A stretch of DNA of 62,762 bases from Clostridiales bacterium (GCA_015055905.1 SVHI01000006.1:1-62762), one strand, 5' to 3'; shown: positions 40,673 through 50,138, counted from the first letter of the stretch. Made by a program: numbers and translations. The notes: generated by a model from the letters alone, not told the origin.

Positions 40673-40767
40673 AATATTTTCTCCTTAATTTGTGTTTGTT
40701 TTAATTTATCAAATTTAAAATTCATATTATTATCATCTTCGCCCGCAACGGCATTAGTTTTGGCCAT
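40669..40767 (-). CDS. Small ORF (32 aa) translationally coupled to the downstream orphan
   Basis: RBS AAGGAGG, MAKTNAVAGEDD..KIL; its TGA overlaps the next ATG. Confidence 0.5.
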   Translation of the reverse strand: MAKTNAVAGEDDNNMNFKFDKLKQTQIKEKIL

Positions 40768-40805
40768 AGTAAACCTCCTTTTTAGCAAACGAATTTTGCA
40801 TAACG

Positions 40806-40836
40806 AAAAAGCACACTTTCTTTTAAGTGTGCTTTT
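40806..40836 (-). terminator. Second terminator (T2) of the poly-Asn leader region
   Basis: Minus strand AAAAGCACACTT-aaaaga-AAGTGTGCTTTTT. Confidence 0.75.
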
Positions 40837-40864
40837 AGTTATTTATTTGGTTACAACAAAATTA

Positions 40865-40902
40865 AATAAAAAACACACTCTTTTAGTTTCAAGAATGTGT
40901 CG
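40865..40902 (-). terminator. First attenuator terminator (T1)
   Basis: Minus strand GACACATTCTT-gaaactaa-AAGAGTGTGTT-TTTT. Confidence 0.8.
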
Positions 40903-40943
40903 AATTATTTTAGTTTAGATTTTTCAACAACAAAAATGAAACT

Positions 40944-41000
40944 CTAAAATATTGAGTTTAAATTATTATTATTGTTGTTATTATTAAAAAGTCTAAACAT
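40944..41000 (-). CDS. Putative leader peptide MFRLFNNNNNNNNLNSIF
   Basis: RBS AAAGGAG, 8 consecutive Asn codons (mixed AAT/AAC), upstream promoter and downstream terminator. Confidence 0.8.
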   Translation of the reverse strand: MFRLFNNNNNNNNLNSIF

Positions 41001-41029
41001 AAAATTCTCCTTTCATAGACTGCATATTT

Positions 41030-41058
41030 ATTTTACTACAAAGCAATAAAAAAGTCAA
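41030..41058 (-). promoter_or_regulatory. Sigma-A promoter of the poly-Asn leader
   Basis: TTGACT-17bp-TAAAAT on the minus strand. Confidence 0.75.
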
Positions 41059-41225
41059 TACCCAAACCGACAAAAATAGTTATATTAATATAAAAAGAAT
41101 TAAAGTGGATTTGTTGGTTTTTTTGATTGTTGCTTAAAGGTTTAAGTGGCTGCTTTAATTTTGATGGTTGACTTTTAAATTCAATAGTGCTATTCTAATT
41201 CGAATAATGAAAGGGAGGACATTTT

Positions 41226-41915
41226 ATGGAATTGATGTTTGATAATGCAAACATTGAAACAATCAAAGAGTTTGCGCAAATTTATCCATACGTTGGCGTT
41301 ACCTCAAACCCAACAATCATTAAAAAAGAAGGCAAGATAGACTTTTTTGAGCACTTTAGAAAAATTAGAGAAATCATTGGCAAAGAAAGGTCTTTGCATA
41401 TTCAAGTTGTTTCAACAACTGCAGAAGAAATTATAAAAGAGGCTGAACTTATTACAGAAAAAATTGACAAAGATGTTTATGTTAAAATTCCTGTAACAGA
41501 AGAGGGTCTAAAAGCAATTAAAAACTTGAAGGCAAGAGGTTTCAAAATTACAGCCACTGCAATTTACACAAAAATGCAAGGTCTTGTTGCTATTGCTGCT
41601 GGGGCGGATTATATTGCGCCATATTTTAACCGTATTCAAAGTAGAGGTTCAGACGCGTCTGCAACAGTTGAATGTTTTAAACAAAACATTGATTCTTTTG
41701 GCAAGAAAACAAAAATTTTAGCAGCAAGTTTCCACCACGGTGGACAAGTTATTAAAGCGCTTCAAGCGGGAGCACACGCAGTTACTCTTCAACCAGAACT
41801 TTTGAGAGAAACAATTTGTGTAACACCAAGAAATTATATTGAAGACGCAGTTGATACTTTTGCAAAAGATTGGCAAGAATCTCAAGGTTCAAAAAACATT
41901 CTAGACTGTGAATAA
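41226..41915 (+). CDS. fsa: Transaldolase/fructose-6-phosphate aldolase family
   Basis: GVTSNPTI, VKIP, YIAPYFNR, ILAASF. Confidence 0.85.
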   Translation: MELMFDNANIETIKEFAQIYPYVGVTSNPTIIKKEGKIDFFEHFRKIREIIGKERSLHIQVVSTTAEEIIKEAELITEKIDKDVYVKIPVTEEGLKAIKNLKARGFKITATAIYTKMQGLVAIAAGADYIAPYFNRIQSRGSDASATVECFKQNIDSFGKKTKILAASFHHGGQVIKALQAGAHAVTLQPELLRETICVTPRNYIEDAVDTFAKDWQESQGSKNILDCE

Positions 41916-41957
41916 AAGACAACAAAAAATCAGGGTTCAACCCTGATTTTTTATTGT

Positions 41958-42812
41958 TTAAAGCACTGAAATCATTATTGTGCCAAGAACGACCAGTGAG
42001 GCAAACAATAGTTTTTTTGCAACATTCTTTTCTTTAAATATTAAAATGCCTGCCAAGATTGTTACAACTACTTTCATTTTTGATAAAATGCTTATTGTTA
42101 TCATTTGGCTGTTTGGAACGTTGTAGGCTTGAAATAGCATAAAGTCGCCAACAAATAAAAACAAGCCAACAAGGTATATCCAAAAGTTTTTTAGGTCGGT
42201 TTTTTGAATTAAAAACCTTTTATTTTTAATACATTCAATGCAGAAGAAAAGCCACGAGAACACAAACACGAATAGCAAGAACCAAAACTGAACTTGATAA
42301 GGTGTGAGATAGGTGGTTGTGTATTTATCAATGACATTGCTTGAAGTTGTGATTAATGCGGAGCAAAGCAAAAGTGCAAGTTGAAGCATTGTGATTTGAC
42401 CTTTGCTGCCGCGATTCGTTAGGTTGATTGCAGCTACACCTGCGATGATAATGACCGAGCCAATAATTTGCCAAACTCCAGCGGTTTCGTTAAACAGAAC
42501 AATTCCTAAAACAAACGACAGCACTGCTGAAAGCACGTTTGTGACTGTCACAACTGAAAGGTCTGCACTTCTTAAAACCTTTAAAATAATAAACCAACTA
42601 AGCGATAACAAGAATCCTTTTGCTGCTAAAATTAAGACAAATTTTAAAGGTATTTTCATTCCAAAAGGGAGCCAAATTAAACTGAGCAAAAATGAAACTG
42701 ATGTAAAGAGAACCAAAATAACTGACTCAGGACTTTTTTTAACGGCTTGCTTTTTGAATATATTATAAAACCCAATTAGGGTTGCATAGATTAGTGTGAA
42801 AACAATTTCCAT
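41958..42812 (-). CDS. EamA/DMT family transporter
   Basis: Two five-TM halves, LFNE and IFKEK motifs. Confidence 0.85.
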   Translation of the reverse strand: MEIVFTLIYATLIGFYNIFKKQAVKKSPESVILVLFTSVSFLLSLIWLPFGMKIPLKFVLILAAKGFLLSLSWFIILKVLRSADLSVVTVTNVLSAVLSFVLGIVLFNETAGVWQIIGSVIIIAGVAAINLTNRGSKGQITMLQLALLLCSALITTSSNVIDKYTTTYLTPYQVQFWFLLFVFVFSWLFFCIECIKNKRFLIQKTDLKNFWIYLVGLFLFVGDFMLFQAYNVPNSQMITISILSKMKVVVTILAGILIFKEKNVAKKLLFASLVVLGTIMISVL

Positions 42813-43040
42813 AACGTGATTATAGCAAACTCGATTTCTTTTCGCAAATAAAAAGGGCTAGCAAAAAGCTGGGGCTTTAAACCAACATAAAAAATTTTTT
42901 TGTCGTTCAAAAAATTTGCGAATTGTTTATAATTGTTTGTGAACAATTTTTTGTGATTGTCTCAATTATGTTTTTGTTGGTTGACATAAAAAACATAATT
43001 TCTAAAATTAAGATAGACACAAAAAAGGAGCATTTTACTA

Positions 43041-43874
43041 ATGAAAAAACCTGCCAGAATAACCTATATCACACAGCGTGTCTTGATGGGAATCGTGCTT
43101 GCTGTAAGTATTGTTGGTTTGATTTTGAACGAAGACCAATCTGTTAGAGGTGAATATATATTTAACATTGGTCAGTGTGTTACATTTTTGCTTGTTTCGT
43201 TTTTGCCAAACTTTTTTAGAAAATATAAACTTGATATTCCAGATTTTATTTATGTCATATTCATCTTGTTTTGTATGGCACACTTTTTCTGCGGAGAAAT
43301 CTTGGGATTCTTTGTAAAGGTTTCTTGGTGGGATAGTGCGTTACATACGTTCTCAGGCTGTTTGATAGCACTTTTAAGTTTCTCGCTTATCAACCTTTTA
43401 AATAAAACTAATGGCAAAGATTTTAAACTTAACATTTGGTTTGCGTCAATCTTTGCATTCACAATGACTCTTGCTGTTGGTGCTGTATGGGAAATTATTG
43501 AATATTTGAGCGATATTTGGTTTAACTCAAATATGCAAAGGGCTTATGTTTCAACAATGTCAGGCAGGGGCGAACCTTTGGTTGGCACAGCCGCGCTTGC
43601 TGATACAATGAAAGATTTAATTTTGGACGCCATTGGAGGTCTTGCAGTTTGCATTATTTGTGGCATTTGTGTGAAATTTAATAAACTAAAAATTGAAGAC
43701 CTTTCAATTATCAAAAAAGCAGATGTTAAATATAAACCTGCAAATGTTAGTGATGGTTCAAGCGAAGATGAAAAAATCGAGGTTAGTGATAATCCAAGCA
43801 AAGACAAAGAAACCAAGGTTAGTGAGCCTGTAGAAAATCAACAAAAAAAGAAAAAGCCTAAGCAAAAAGCTTAG
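43041..43874 (+). CDS. DUF2238-like membrane protein
   Basis: WWDSALH, WEIIEY, DTMKDL motifs. Confidence 0.75.
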   Translation: MKKPARITYITQRVLMGIVLAVSIVGLILNEDQSVRGEYIFNIGQCVTFLLVSFLPNFFRKYKLDIPDFIYVIFILFCMAHFFCGEILGFFVKVSWWDSALHTFSGCLIALLSFSLINLLNKTNGKDFKLNIWFASIFAFTMTLAVGAVWEIIEYLSDIWFNSNMQRAYVSTMSGRGEPLVGTAALADTMKDLILDAIGGLAVCIICGICVKFNKLKIEDLSIIKKADVKYKPANVSDGSSEDEKIEVSDNPSKDKETKVSEPVENQQKKKKPKQKA

Positions 43875-43882
43875 GTCTTTTT

Positions 43883-44905
43883 TTATGCAAACAAATAAAC
43901 AAGAACACCGATAGCGGCGAGAATTCCTGTAACGAGCCCAAAGATTTTCCAGAAAGATTTTGGAGTTTTTCCGTGAATTTTTCCAGTTTGTCCGTTTATG
44001 TAGCAATGATAGTCTTTGTTTTTGTAGGTGTAGTGGTTTGCCCAAAGTGGAACGTAAAGGTATCCACAATCAACATTACTAATTTTTGTGCTGGCTCTAA
44101 AAAAGTCTACGTCGTCATAGCGAAGGTTGAGCCTTGATTTGATGTTGCTTTGCTCAGTGTAAGAGATTTCTTCAATGGCGTCGGCATAACTTTGTTGAAC
44201 AGTAAAGTCTGTTCCAACGCCAGAGAGTCCAAGCAAATATTCGTTGCTGTAAGGCACAATTCCTGCGTTGTCGTAGCCGCCCATTCCTCTAAAAATTGTT
44301 GATGAAAGTTTGTGGTTTGCTGAACAGATGTAGTTTAGGTATTCAGTGTGCTCAACATCGTTAATGTATGTGCTTGACCTTTTAACTGAGCCGTCTTTGC
44401 GTTTAAATTCTGTTATGCCCTGAGCAGAGTAGTGAGTTGTTGCATCAAGGTCAAAAAGGTAAACTGGCGCATAGAGTCCAGACACCTTTTGAAGTCTTGC
44501 CATTTTTTTGAGGTTGTTTGGTGCAAACTTTCTTGAGCCAATCCATTTTTGATAAAGCAAAGATGCTTTGTCTTTTGAAACCGAGAACGGAATAATATTC
44601 ATTGGGTGGAGTTGTGTTTCCTGGATAGGTTTCAAGTTTTTATTTCCACAAGAAGGACATCTTGTTATTGGCTGCTCGTTTGCAGACGATGTTTTTGTGT
44701 TGCAAGCGAGACATTGATAAACATTTCCAATATCTTTTGACGCCACAAACTTTAGAGTTTGGGTGTATTTGTGTTTAATGTTATATCCTTTTTTTGATGC
44801 AAATATTTCCACTTCGCTTTGGCAATATTCGCATTTGAGACTTTGACTTTCTGGGTCAAACAACAAGTGTCCACCACAGCCTTTGCATTGGTAAGTTTTT
44901 TTCAT
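43883..44905 (-). CDS. Zinc-ribbon protein with C-terminal TM
   Basis: Four CxxC pairs, IIPFSV, YVPLW, INGQTGKIHG..P. Confidence 0.75.
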   Translation of the reverse strand: MKKTYQCKGCGGHLLFDPESQSLKCEYCQSEVEIFASKKGYNIKHKYTQTLKFVASKDIGNVYQCLACNTKTSSANEQPITRCPSCGNKNLKPIQETQLHPMNIIPFSVSKDKASLLYQKWIGSRKFAPNNLKKMARLQKVSGLYAPVYLFDLDATTHYSAQGITEFKRKDGSVKRSSTYINDVEHTEYLNYICSANHKLSSTIFRGMGGYDNAGIVPYSNEYLLGLSGVGTDFTVQQSYADAIEEISYTEQSNIKSRLNLRYDDVDFFRASTKISNVDCGYLYVPLWANHYTYKNKDYHCYINGQTGKIHGKTPKSFWKIFGLVTGILAAIGVLVYLFA

Positions 44906-44913
44906 AAGTTCTC

Positions 44914-45555
44914 CTATAACCCGAGAGTTTCTTTTACGAAGTTCTCTAAGATTTGAATTTTATTTTCGGCAATTTCTTTTGCAGTGTTAGTGTAAAGATT
45001 TCGTCCGTTTGGAATCATTGTTCTGTGAATGTAATGGCAAGTCGAAAGCGGGTTGATGTCAGGGATATATTCTTTTGTGTCGAGCGGAAGTGGATAGGTT
45101 AGGGGAATCCCGTGTGTTTTGCAATAGGTCAAGGTTCTTTTTAACCCAATTTCGCCAAGTGCGTCAAGAGCGTCAGCGTCTTGAATGATTAAGGTTTCAA
45201 GCGACTGGTTTTTATCTGTTTTGTTATCGTGGTTTTTAACGACATCTAAAATATGGTCAAGTTTTGTTTCGTCAACATCTGCGTCAAGCAAAATACTTTT
45301 TACGGTCTCAATGCTTTCTTCAGGGAAAACAAATCTGCCAGCCTCGTTTGACATTAGTCTATGAATGTCGTGAACAAGCGCAGAGACTGCCACAACATAG
45401 GGGTCGCCACCCTCAACTTCTTGAATTTTCATTGCAAGGTCATAAACTCGCTCTAAGTGTGAGATGTCGTGACCTGTGTTTTCTTTTTCAAAAAGTTCAG
45501 TAATTTTTGTTTTTAGTTTGTTTAAAATTTCTAATTCTTGCATAAGTTTCTCCAA
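44914..45555 (-). CDS. HD domain phosphohydrolase
   Basis: GHDISHLERV, LVHDI, QDADALDALG. Confidence 0.88.
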   Translation of the reverse strand: MEKLMQELEILNKLKTKITELFEKENTGHDISHLERVYDLAMKIQEVEGGDPYVVAVSALVHDIHRLMSNEAGRFVFPEESIETVKSILLDADVDETKLDHILDVVKNHDNKTDKNQSLETLIIQDADALDALGEIGLKRTLTYCKTHGIPLTYPLPLDTKEYIPDINPLSTCHYIHRTMIPNGRNLYTNTAKEIAENKIQILENFVKETLGL

Positions 45556-45774
45556 ATTTATTTTAGCATTAATTGTTTGATTTTCAAAATATTTTTGGCT
45601 TTAGGTTCTTTGCAAAGGTTGGTTCATAGGACATTTTTTCAAGAAATAATAAAAAATTAGATATTTTTTCACATAAACCGACACAATTTGACAATATCCC
45701 CAACGGAAAACTATAGCAAAATTATGTATAGTTATATTAGCGTGATAAAAATTTATTGCTAATGAAAAGGGTGA

Positions 45775-45993
45775 ATGATGAGTAGAAAAAATTCAAATGA
45801 TGTTTTAAAGAATATGATTGATATTTTAAAAGAATCTCTTGGTGAACTTGCAGATTATAAAGACACGGACGGGCAACAGTTTCAATACGGCGAAAAAGTT
45901 GCTTATGTTGAGTGTTTAGAAATGATTATAGAATGGGAATTGGCTGACGAAAACGGCCTTGATTTTGATATTGAAGACAAATTTCCATTGTAG
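45775..45993 (+). CDS. Small acidic hypothetical protein
   Basis: 72 aa, GEKVAYVECLE..GLDFDIE..FPL. Confidence 0.65.
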   Translation: MMSRKNSNDVLKNMIDILKESLGELADYKDTDGQQFQYGEKVAYVECLEMIIEWELADENGLDFDIEDKFPL

Positions 45994-46051
45994 ATTTGAC
46001 TTATAAGTTTTTATAAAAAAAGACCCAAAGGGTCTTTTTGTGGTTTTGGTA

Positions 46052-46609
46052 TTATTCTTTTTCAATTTGGGCTGAATCGTCTTTCCAGGTCTTTTCATTA
46101 ATAAATGGTGTGAGAGCCATTAAAAATGCTTCAGTTGTCAGGTCAATTCTTGTCATAACATCTTGAGTTAAAATTCCAATTCCGCCAGTTGAACTTCTCA
46201 GGTCAGTTTCGCTGAAAATTCTGTCCATAACAGTTCCAAGTGTTTCAGTTTTAATGTCCTCAACATATTTTGTTGGAACAGGAAAACTTGAACTGGCGCC
46301 ATAGCCGGTTTCGCCCTTGTTGTTTTTAATGACAGCAATGTTGCTGATTGCCCAAAATCCAAGTTCACTTGTGAGACCAGACTCAACAGCCATAAAAAGG
46401 TCAGCACTAATATGGTTTTGTTTTGCGTGAGCCATTAGGTTGTTAACCCTGTTCATTGCACCCTCAAAGGTTTCAATTCCAACGGGTTGTTCACTAACGT
46501 TCGATGGCGCACTAATGCCAACAACTTCAACATCTTTGTAATAATGTTTGAGTGCTCGTCTTGCTCCTTCAATTTTTCCAGGGTTTTTTGTTGCGATTAA
46601 TACTTTCAT
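46052..46609 (-). CDS. yjjX: Inosine/xanthosine triphosphatase (YjjX/DUF84)
   Basis: TKNPGK, SNVSEQP, GAMNR, VESG, GIGILT..R. Confidence 0.85.
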   Translation of the reverse strand: MKVLIATKNPGKIEGARRALKHYYKDVEVVGISAPSNVSEQPVGIETFEGAMNRVNNLMAHAKQNHISADLFMAVESGLTSELGFWAISNIAVIKNNKGETGYGASSSFPVPTKYVEDIKTETLGTVMDRIFSETDLRSSTGGIGILTQDVMTRIDLTTEAFLMALTPFINEKTWKDDSAQIEKE

Positions 46610-46636
46610 TTTCTTTCTCCTTTTTAGAATTTTGCT

Positions 46637-46798
46637 GTTAAAAAAAACTTCTTACGAATAAACAAAAACAGCATAAAGTTGTTTTTTGTCCATTCATAAG
46701 AAGTTCTAAAAAGTTTAGAAAATTCCCAGCGCTAAATTAATCCGGAATGGGTTAGGGATTACGCACTTTTATTATATCACACGCCAGCGCAATGTCAA
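46637..46798 (-). promoter_or_regulatory. Promoter plus structured leader with terminator upstream of yjjX
   Basis: TTGACA-16bp-TATAAT (ext. TG); stem TAATCC/GGATTA; terminator AACTTCTTATGAAT/ATTCGTAAGAAGTT plus T tract. Confidence 0.65.
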
Positions 46799-46812
46799 TA
46801 GTGGTTGGCATT

Positions 46813-47451
46813 TTAATTAATCAAATTCTTAATGTGAGTTGATAATGCAGAATTGTCACAATTTGCCTCGAACAACGATTTAAAGTTTCTGCCGCTGATT
46901 GTGTGTTTCAAAAATTCTTGGTCAATATTCTTCACAATTTCAAGCATATCTTTGTGGGTCACTTTTTTAACTTCGTCCAAAATTTTCTTGTTTCTCTGTT
47001 CTGGAACAACTCTTTCTTTTGGATAACCATTTCCAGCCTCGTGTGCAAAAAGTTCATTAAAACAATATTCAAGGTTAAGTTCCGCACCCCAGCCAAACCC
47101 TTTTGCAAAAGGGAAACTTACGGCGTTTCCGTCATTGATTTGCATAAACATATATGCGTCGCTGGGGTCAACAATGTGTCCACATAAAACGTTAGGGAAT
47201 GAGTTTGCAGCAAGCATCGCACCTTCGCCAGTGCCACAGCCTGTTACTACAAAATCAACGGTTTTTGTATTCAACAAAATCGCCGTTAAAAGACCAGCCT
47301 CAACATAGGTGAGTTGTGTTTCATCTTCAGCATTATATGTTCCAAAATTTAAAACCTCGTGGCCATATTTTTCAGCCACCTTTTTTAAAGAATTATAAAT
47401 CATTTCATTTTTCGCACATTGCGAATTTTCATTAATAAGCGCAATTTTCAT
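46813..47451 (-). CDS. RpiB/LacA/LacB family isomerase (DhuI-like)
   Basis: MKIALINENSQ, TGCGTGEGA, AKGFGWGAE, GYPKER. Confidence 0.85.
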   Translation of the reverse strand: MKIALINENSQCAKNEMIYNSLKKVAEKYGHEVLNFGTYNAEDETQLTYVEAGLLTAILLNTKTVDFVVTGCGTGEGAMLAANSFPNVLCGHIVDPSDAYMFMQINDGNAVSFPFAKGFGWGAELNLEYCFNELFAHEAGNGYPKERVVPEQRNKKILDEVKKVTHKDMLEIVKNIDQEFLKHTISGRNFKSLFEANCDNSALSTHIKNLIN

Positions 47452-47578
47452 AACTTTACTCCTCGTCGCGATTATACAATAACGCCGCCAAACCTGTCAA
47501 TAAAACTAGATTTGCGTATTGGAAAAAGAAGAGTTTATATAATTTGCAATAAACACAATATTTTTATATAATATGCCT

Positions 47579-49867
47579 ATGAAGAAAATATTAATAGGTT
47601 TATTGATTATTACAATTATTGGAGCAGCCGGATTAGGGTTGTGGTTTATGTTGAAAGAAAAAAATCCACCACAAACACAACCACCTCAAACTCAATATGC
47701 CGAAGTTTCTAGAATCGGCATAGGTGGCGGCGGTGCTTTTTTAAACCCAATGATAGACCCCACCGACGAAAACATATATTATGTTACCAGCGATATGGGG
47801 GCTTTATATTTTTCACATAATAAGGGTGAAACTTGGAATAGAACAGAGGCTCGTGGTGTTTTTACACAAACACACATTGCCAGCAACGGAACTGTTTTTG
47901 CTGGAGGTTTTGGGGTGTATTCATCTATAGATAAAGGTGAAACTTTAAATCTTATTTATCCAAAAGACGTCAAACATAGTGTGAGCCGTTGCGGTTGGAA
48001 CGAGAACTTGATGTTGGCTGAGGACTATGATAATGGTTACGTGAAAGCCATTGAGTCTAATGAATCGCATCTATATTTCACAACCGTGTCTTGGGAAGGA
48101 CAAATGAGGTTAATAAAAAGTGATTATAATGGCGAAAATGCGGCTATATTATACACTGCTGACCTTGGCATAGTTGACCCTATGAGTGATATAGAAATGA
48201 GTTTGGTTTGTGTGGAAAGTGGCTTATATATGTCCTATGGAAAAAATATAGGATTTTATGATTTTAACAACCATACTATGACAGATGTTTATACTACTAC
48301 AGGATACATAAAAGATGTTTGCGAAATAGATGGGAAAATATTTTTAATAGATGATTTGCCAGCGTCAAGCAAAATATTGTATACGGAAGATTTTGAATCT
48401 TTTAATGATTTATTAGATTATAACACGCTCACAAACGAGTTTACTAAATATGAGGTAGACGGAACATTTAATTGGCACTTCAAAGAAATTAGCGGGAATA
48501 ATTTTGAGAATATTTATTTGTCTTTTAGTTCTCCTGTGAATGAATATGATGACACTGTCGACGGAATAATGAAGTTTAATGGATTAACCTTTGAATGGAT
48601 ATTTGATTCAATGTTTAAAACAAGATTTGTTACCGAGTTTGGTGGCTGGTCATATGGTTCACACGGACCTTTTTATGGCATTACTTCGAACTCTCACGAT
48701 GATAACCAATGTCTAGTTGCAAATGTTGAAACAATATATCTTATGGAATATCCTAATGATGAAGGTAGAAAGATTAAAACATTACACTGTGCAGATTATG
48801 GGGACAATAGACACTCCACTACGGGCTTAGATGTTCAAACAACATATTTTGTGAAAGAAGACCCATTTGATAAAAATCACATCATAATATGCACTACAGA
48901 CTTGGGATTGCAGAACAGTTACGACAATGGAGAAACTTGGCAAAGAATGGAAATTACTGGCTCGGATTATGATATTTATAACACTTGTTATGATTTGTAT
49001 TTTGATAAATATAACAAAGATGTTGTATATGGACTATGGAGTTCTAGACACGATGCACCTTACAATCCTACCATTTATGATAAAGACTATACAAAGGGTG
49101 CTTTTGCAAAGTCTGTCGACGGAGGAAAAACGTGGGATTTTTCGTATAGCAATGGAATTCCGGCGGACGCTATACCAGTGAAAATGAGCCTTTCTCATAA
49201 TGAAGATGCCTTCTATATTGCCGTTGCAACATTTAATAGAGGTTTTTATCTCAGCAAAGATGGTGGTAAAAATTTTATTGCTATAAGTGCCGGAATGGAT
49301 ACGTTTGAAGGACTAATTTTTGGTGAAGATGTAGTGCTGGCGGGTGATAATGTGTATTGCCTTGTTGCACCATATCTAGATGAAGGGTATTGGAAACCTG
49401 CAAAATTATACCAATATAGCATTTCGAGTTCGTCTTTACAAAAAATAGATTTAGGTGATATTACACTTGCTAGAAGTTTGGCATACAACGAAAATAGTGG
49501 ACTATTCATAAATGTAATTCCAACTTACTCATACAAATGGTTTGAGGAGTATAATGACGGCTCTTGGGTGAATGAAAATGGTGGAATATATCATTATAAT
49601 GGTGAAACAATAGAGTTGGTTTTTGAGAATTATGATGGTATATTCTATAGCACTTTTGGCTTAGATGGAAAAATGTATGCAACAGATACATATGGAAAAG
49701 TTTTTGTGATAGATGAAAAAGGCGGTAGATTACTTTGTGGTGGGTTGTTTAATATGTTAAAAAATATTAGTTTTTCATTAGACGGCAAAACATTGTATAT
49801 AACCACCTTTGGTGGCGGAACCTACAGAATTAAGAATTATGCATTATTAAGCAGTTACACAAAATAG
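47579..49867 (+). CDS. Membrane-anchored BNR/Asp-box beta-propeller protein (GH74/sortilin-like fold)
   Basis: N-terminal TM; Asp boxes SHNKGETW, SYDNGETW, SVDGGKTW, SKDGGKNF. Confidence 0.75.
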   Translation: MKKILIGLLIITIIGAAGLGLWFMLKEKNPPQTQPPQTQYAEVSRIGIGGGGAFLNPMIDPTDENIYYVTSDMGALYFSHNKGETWNRTEARGVFTQTHIASNGTVFAGGFGVYSSIDKGETLNLIYPKDVKHSVSRCGWNENLMLAEDYDNGYVKAIESNESHLYFTTVSWEGQMRLIKSDYNGENAAILYTADLGIVDPMSDIEMSLVCVESGLYMSYGKNIGFYDFNNHTMTDVYTTTGYIKDVCEIDGKIFLIDDLPASSKILYTEDFESFNDLLDYNTLTNEFTKYEVDGTFNWHFKEISGNNFENIYLSFSSPVNEYDDTVDGIMKFNGLTFEWIFDSMFKTRFVTEFGGWSYGSHGPFYGITSNSHDDNQCLVANVETIYLMEYPNDEGRKIKTLHCADYGDNRHSTTGLDVQTTYFVKEDPFDKNHIIICTTDLGLQNSYDNGETWQRMEITGSDYDIYNTCYDLYFDKYNKDVVYGLWSSRHDAPYNPTIYDKDYTKGAFAKSVDGGKTWDFSYSNGIPADAIPVKMSLSHNEDAFYIAVATFNRGFYLSKDGGKNFIAISAGMDTFEGLIFGEDVVLAGDNVYCLVAPYLDEGYWKPAKLYQYSISSSSLQKIDLGDITLARSLAYNENSGLFINVIPTYSYKWFEEYNDGSWVNENGGIYHYNGETIELVFENYDGIFYSTFGLDGKMYATDTYGKVFVIDEKGGRLLCGGLFNMLKNISFSLDGKTLYITTFGGGTYRIKNYALLSSYTK

Positions 49868-50138
49868 TTTAAAAGAAACATTAAAAAAACGACTTTTTAA
49901 AAGCCGTTTTTTTCTTGGAAAAACCAATATGAGTAATTATTATTCTCTCATTTTTCAATAAGCCATTAACCATTTCTCCATATCTTGGGTTCGAATCCCC
50001 ACCTGCGGAGAGTTAGCTTGTCGAAACTAACCTCATAAACCTATCAAAACACTGTAATTGTCAGCATTTATGAGTCTGATTCTCTTCAAAAAGGTATCTA
50101 TTTTATATCAAATTTATATCAAAAATATATCACGAAAA

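Noticed and set aside
40592-40918. 108-aa plus-strand ORF
   Set aside because: Antisense to the attenuator and coding region, no RBS, hydrophobic AT-derived composition
40960-40985. Simple (ATT)n microsatellite
   Set aside because: Mixed AAT/AAC codons in frame behind an RBS fit a coded Asn run better than a slippage repeat
810-49691. Many short overlapping ORFs in the six-frame track
   Set aside because: Shadow or alternative frames of well-supported genes, lacking RBS and motifs
49987-50010. tRNA gene at GGGTTCGAATCCC
   Set aside because: Only a T-arm-like motif; no D-arm, anticodon arm, acceptor stem or CCA
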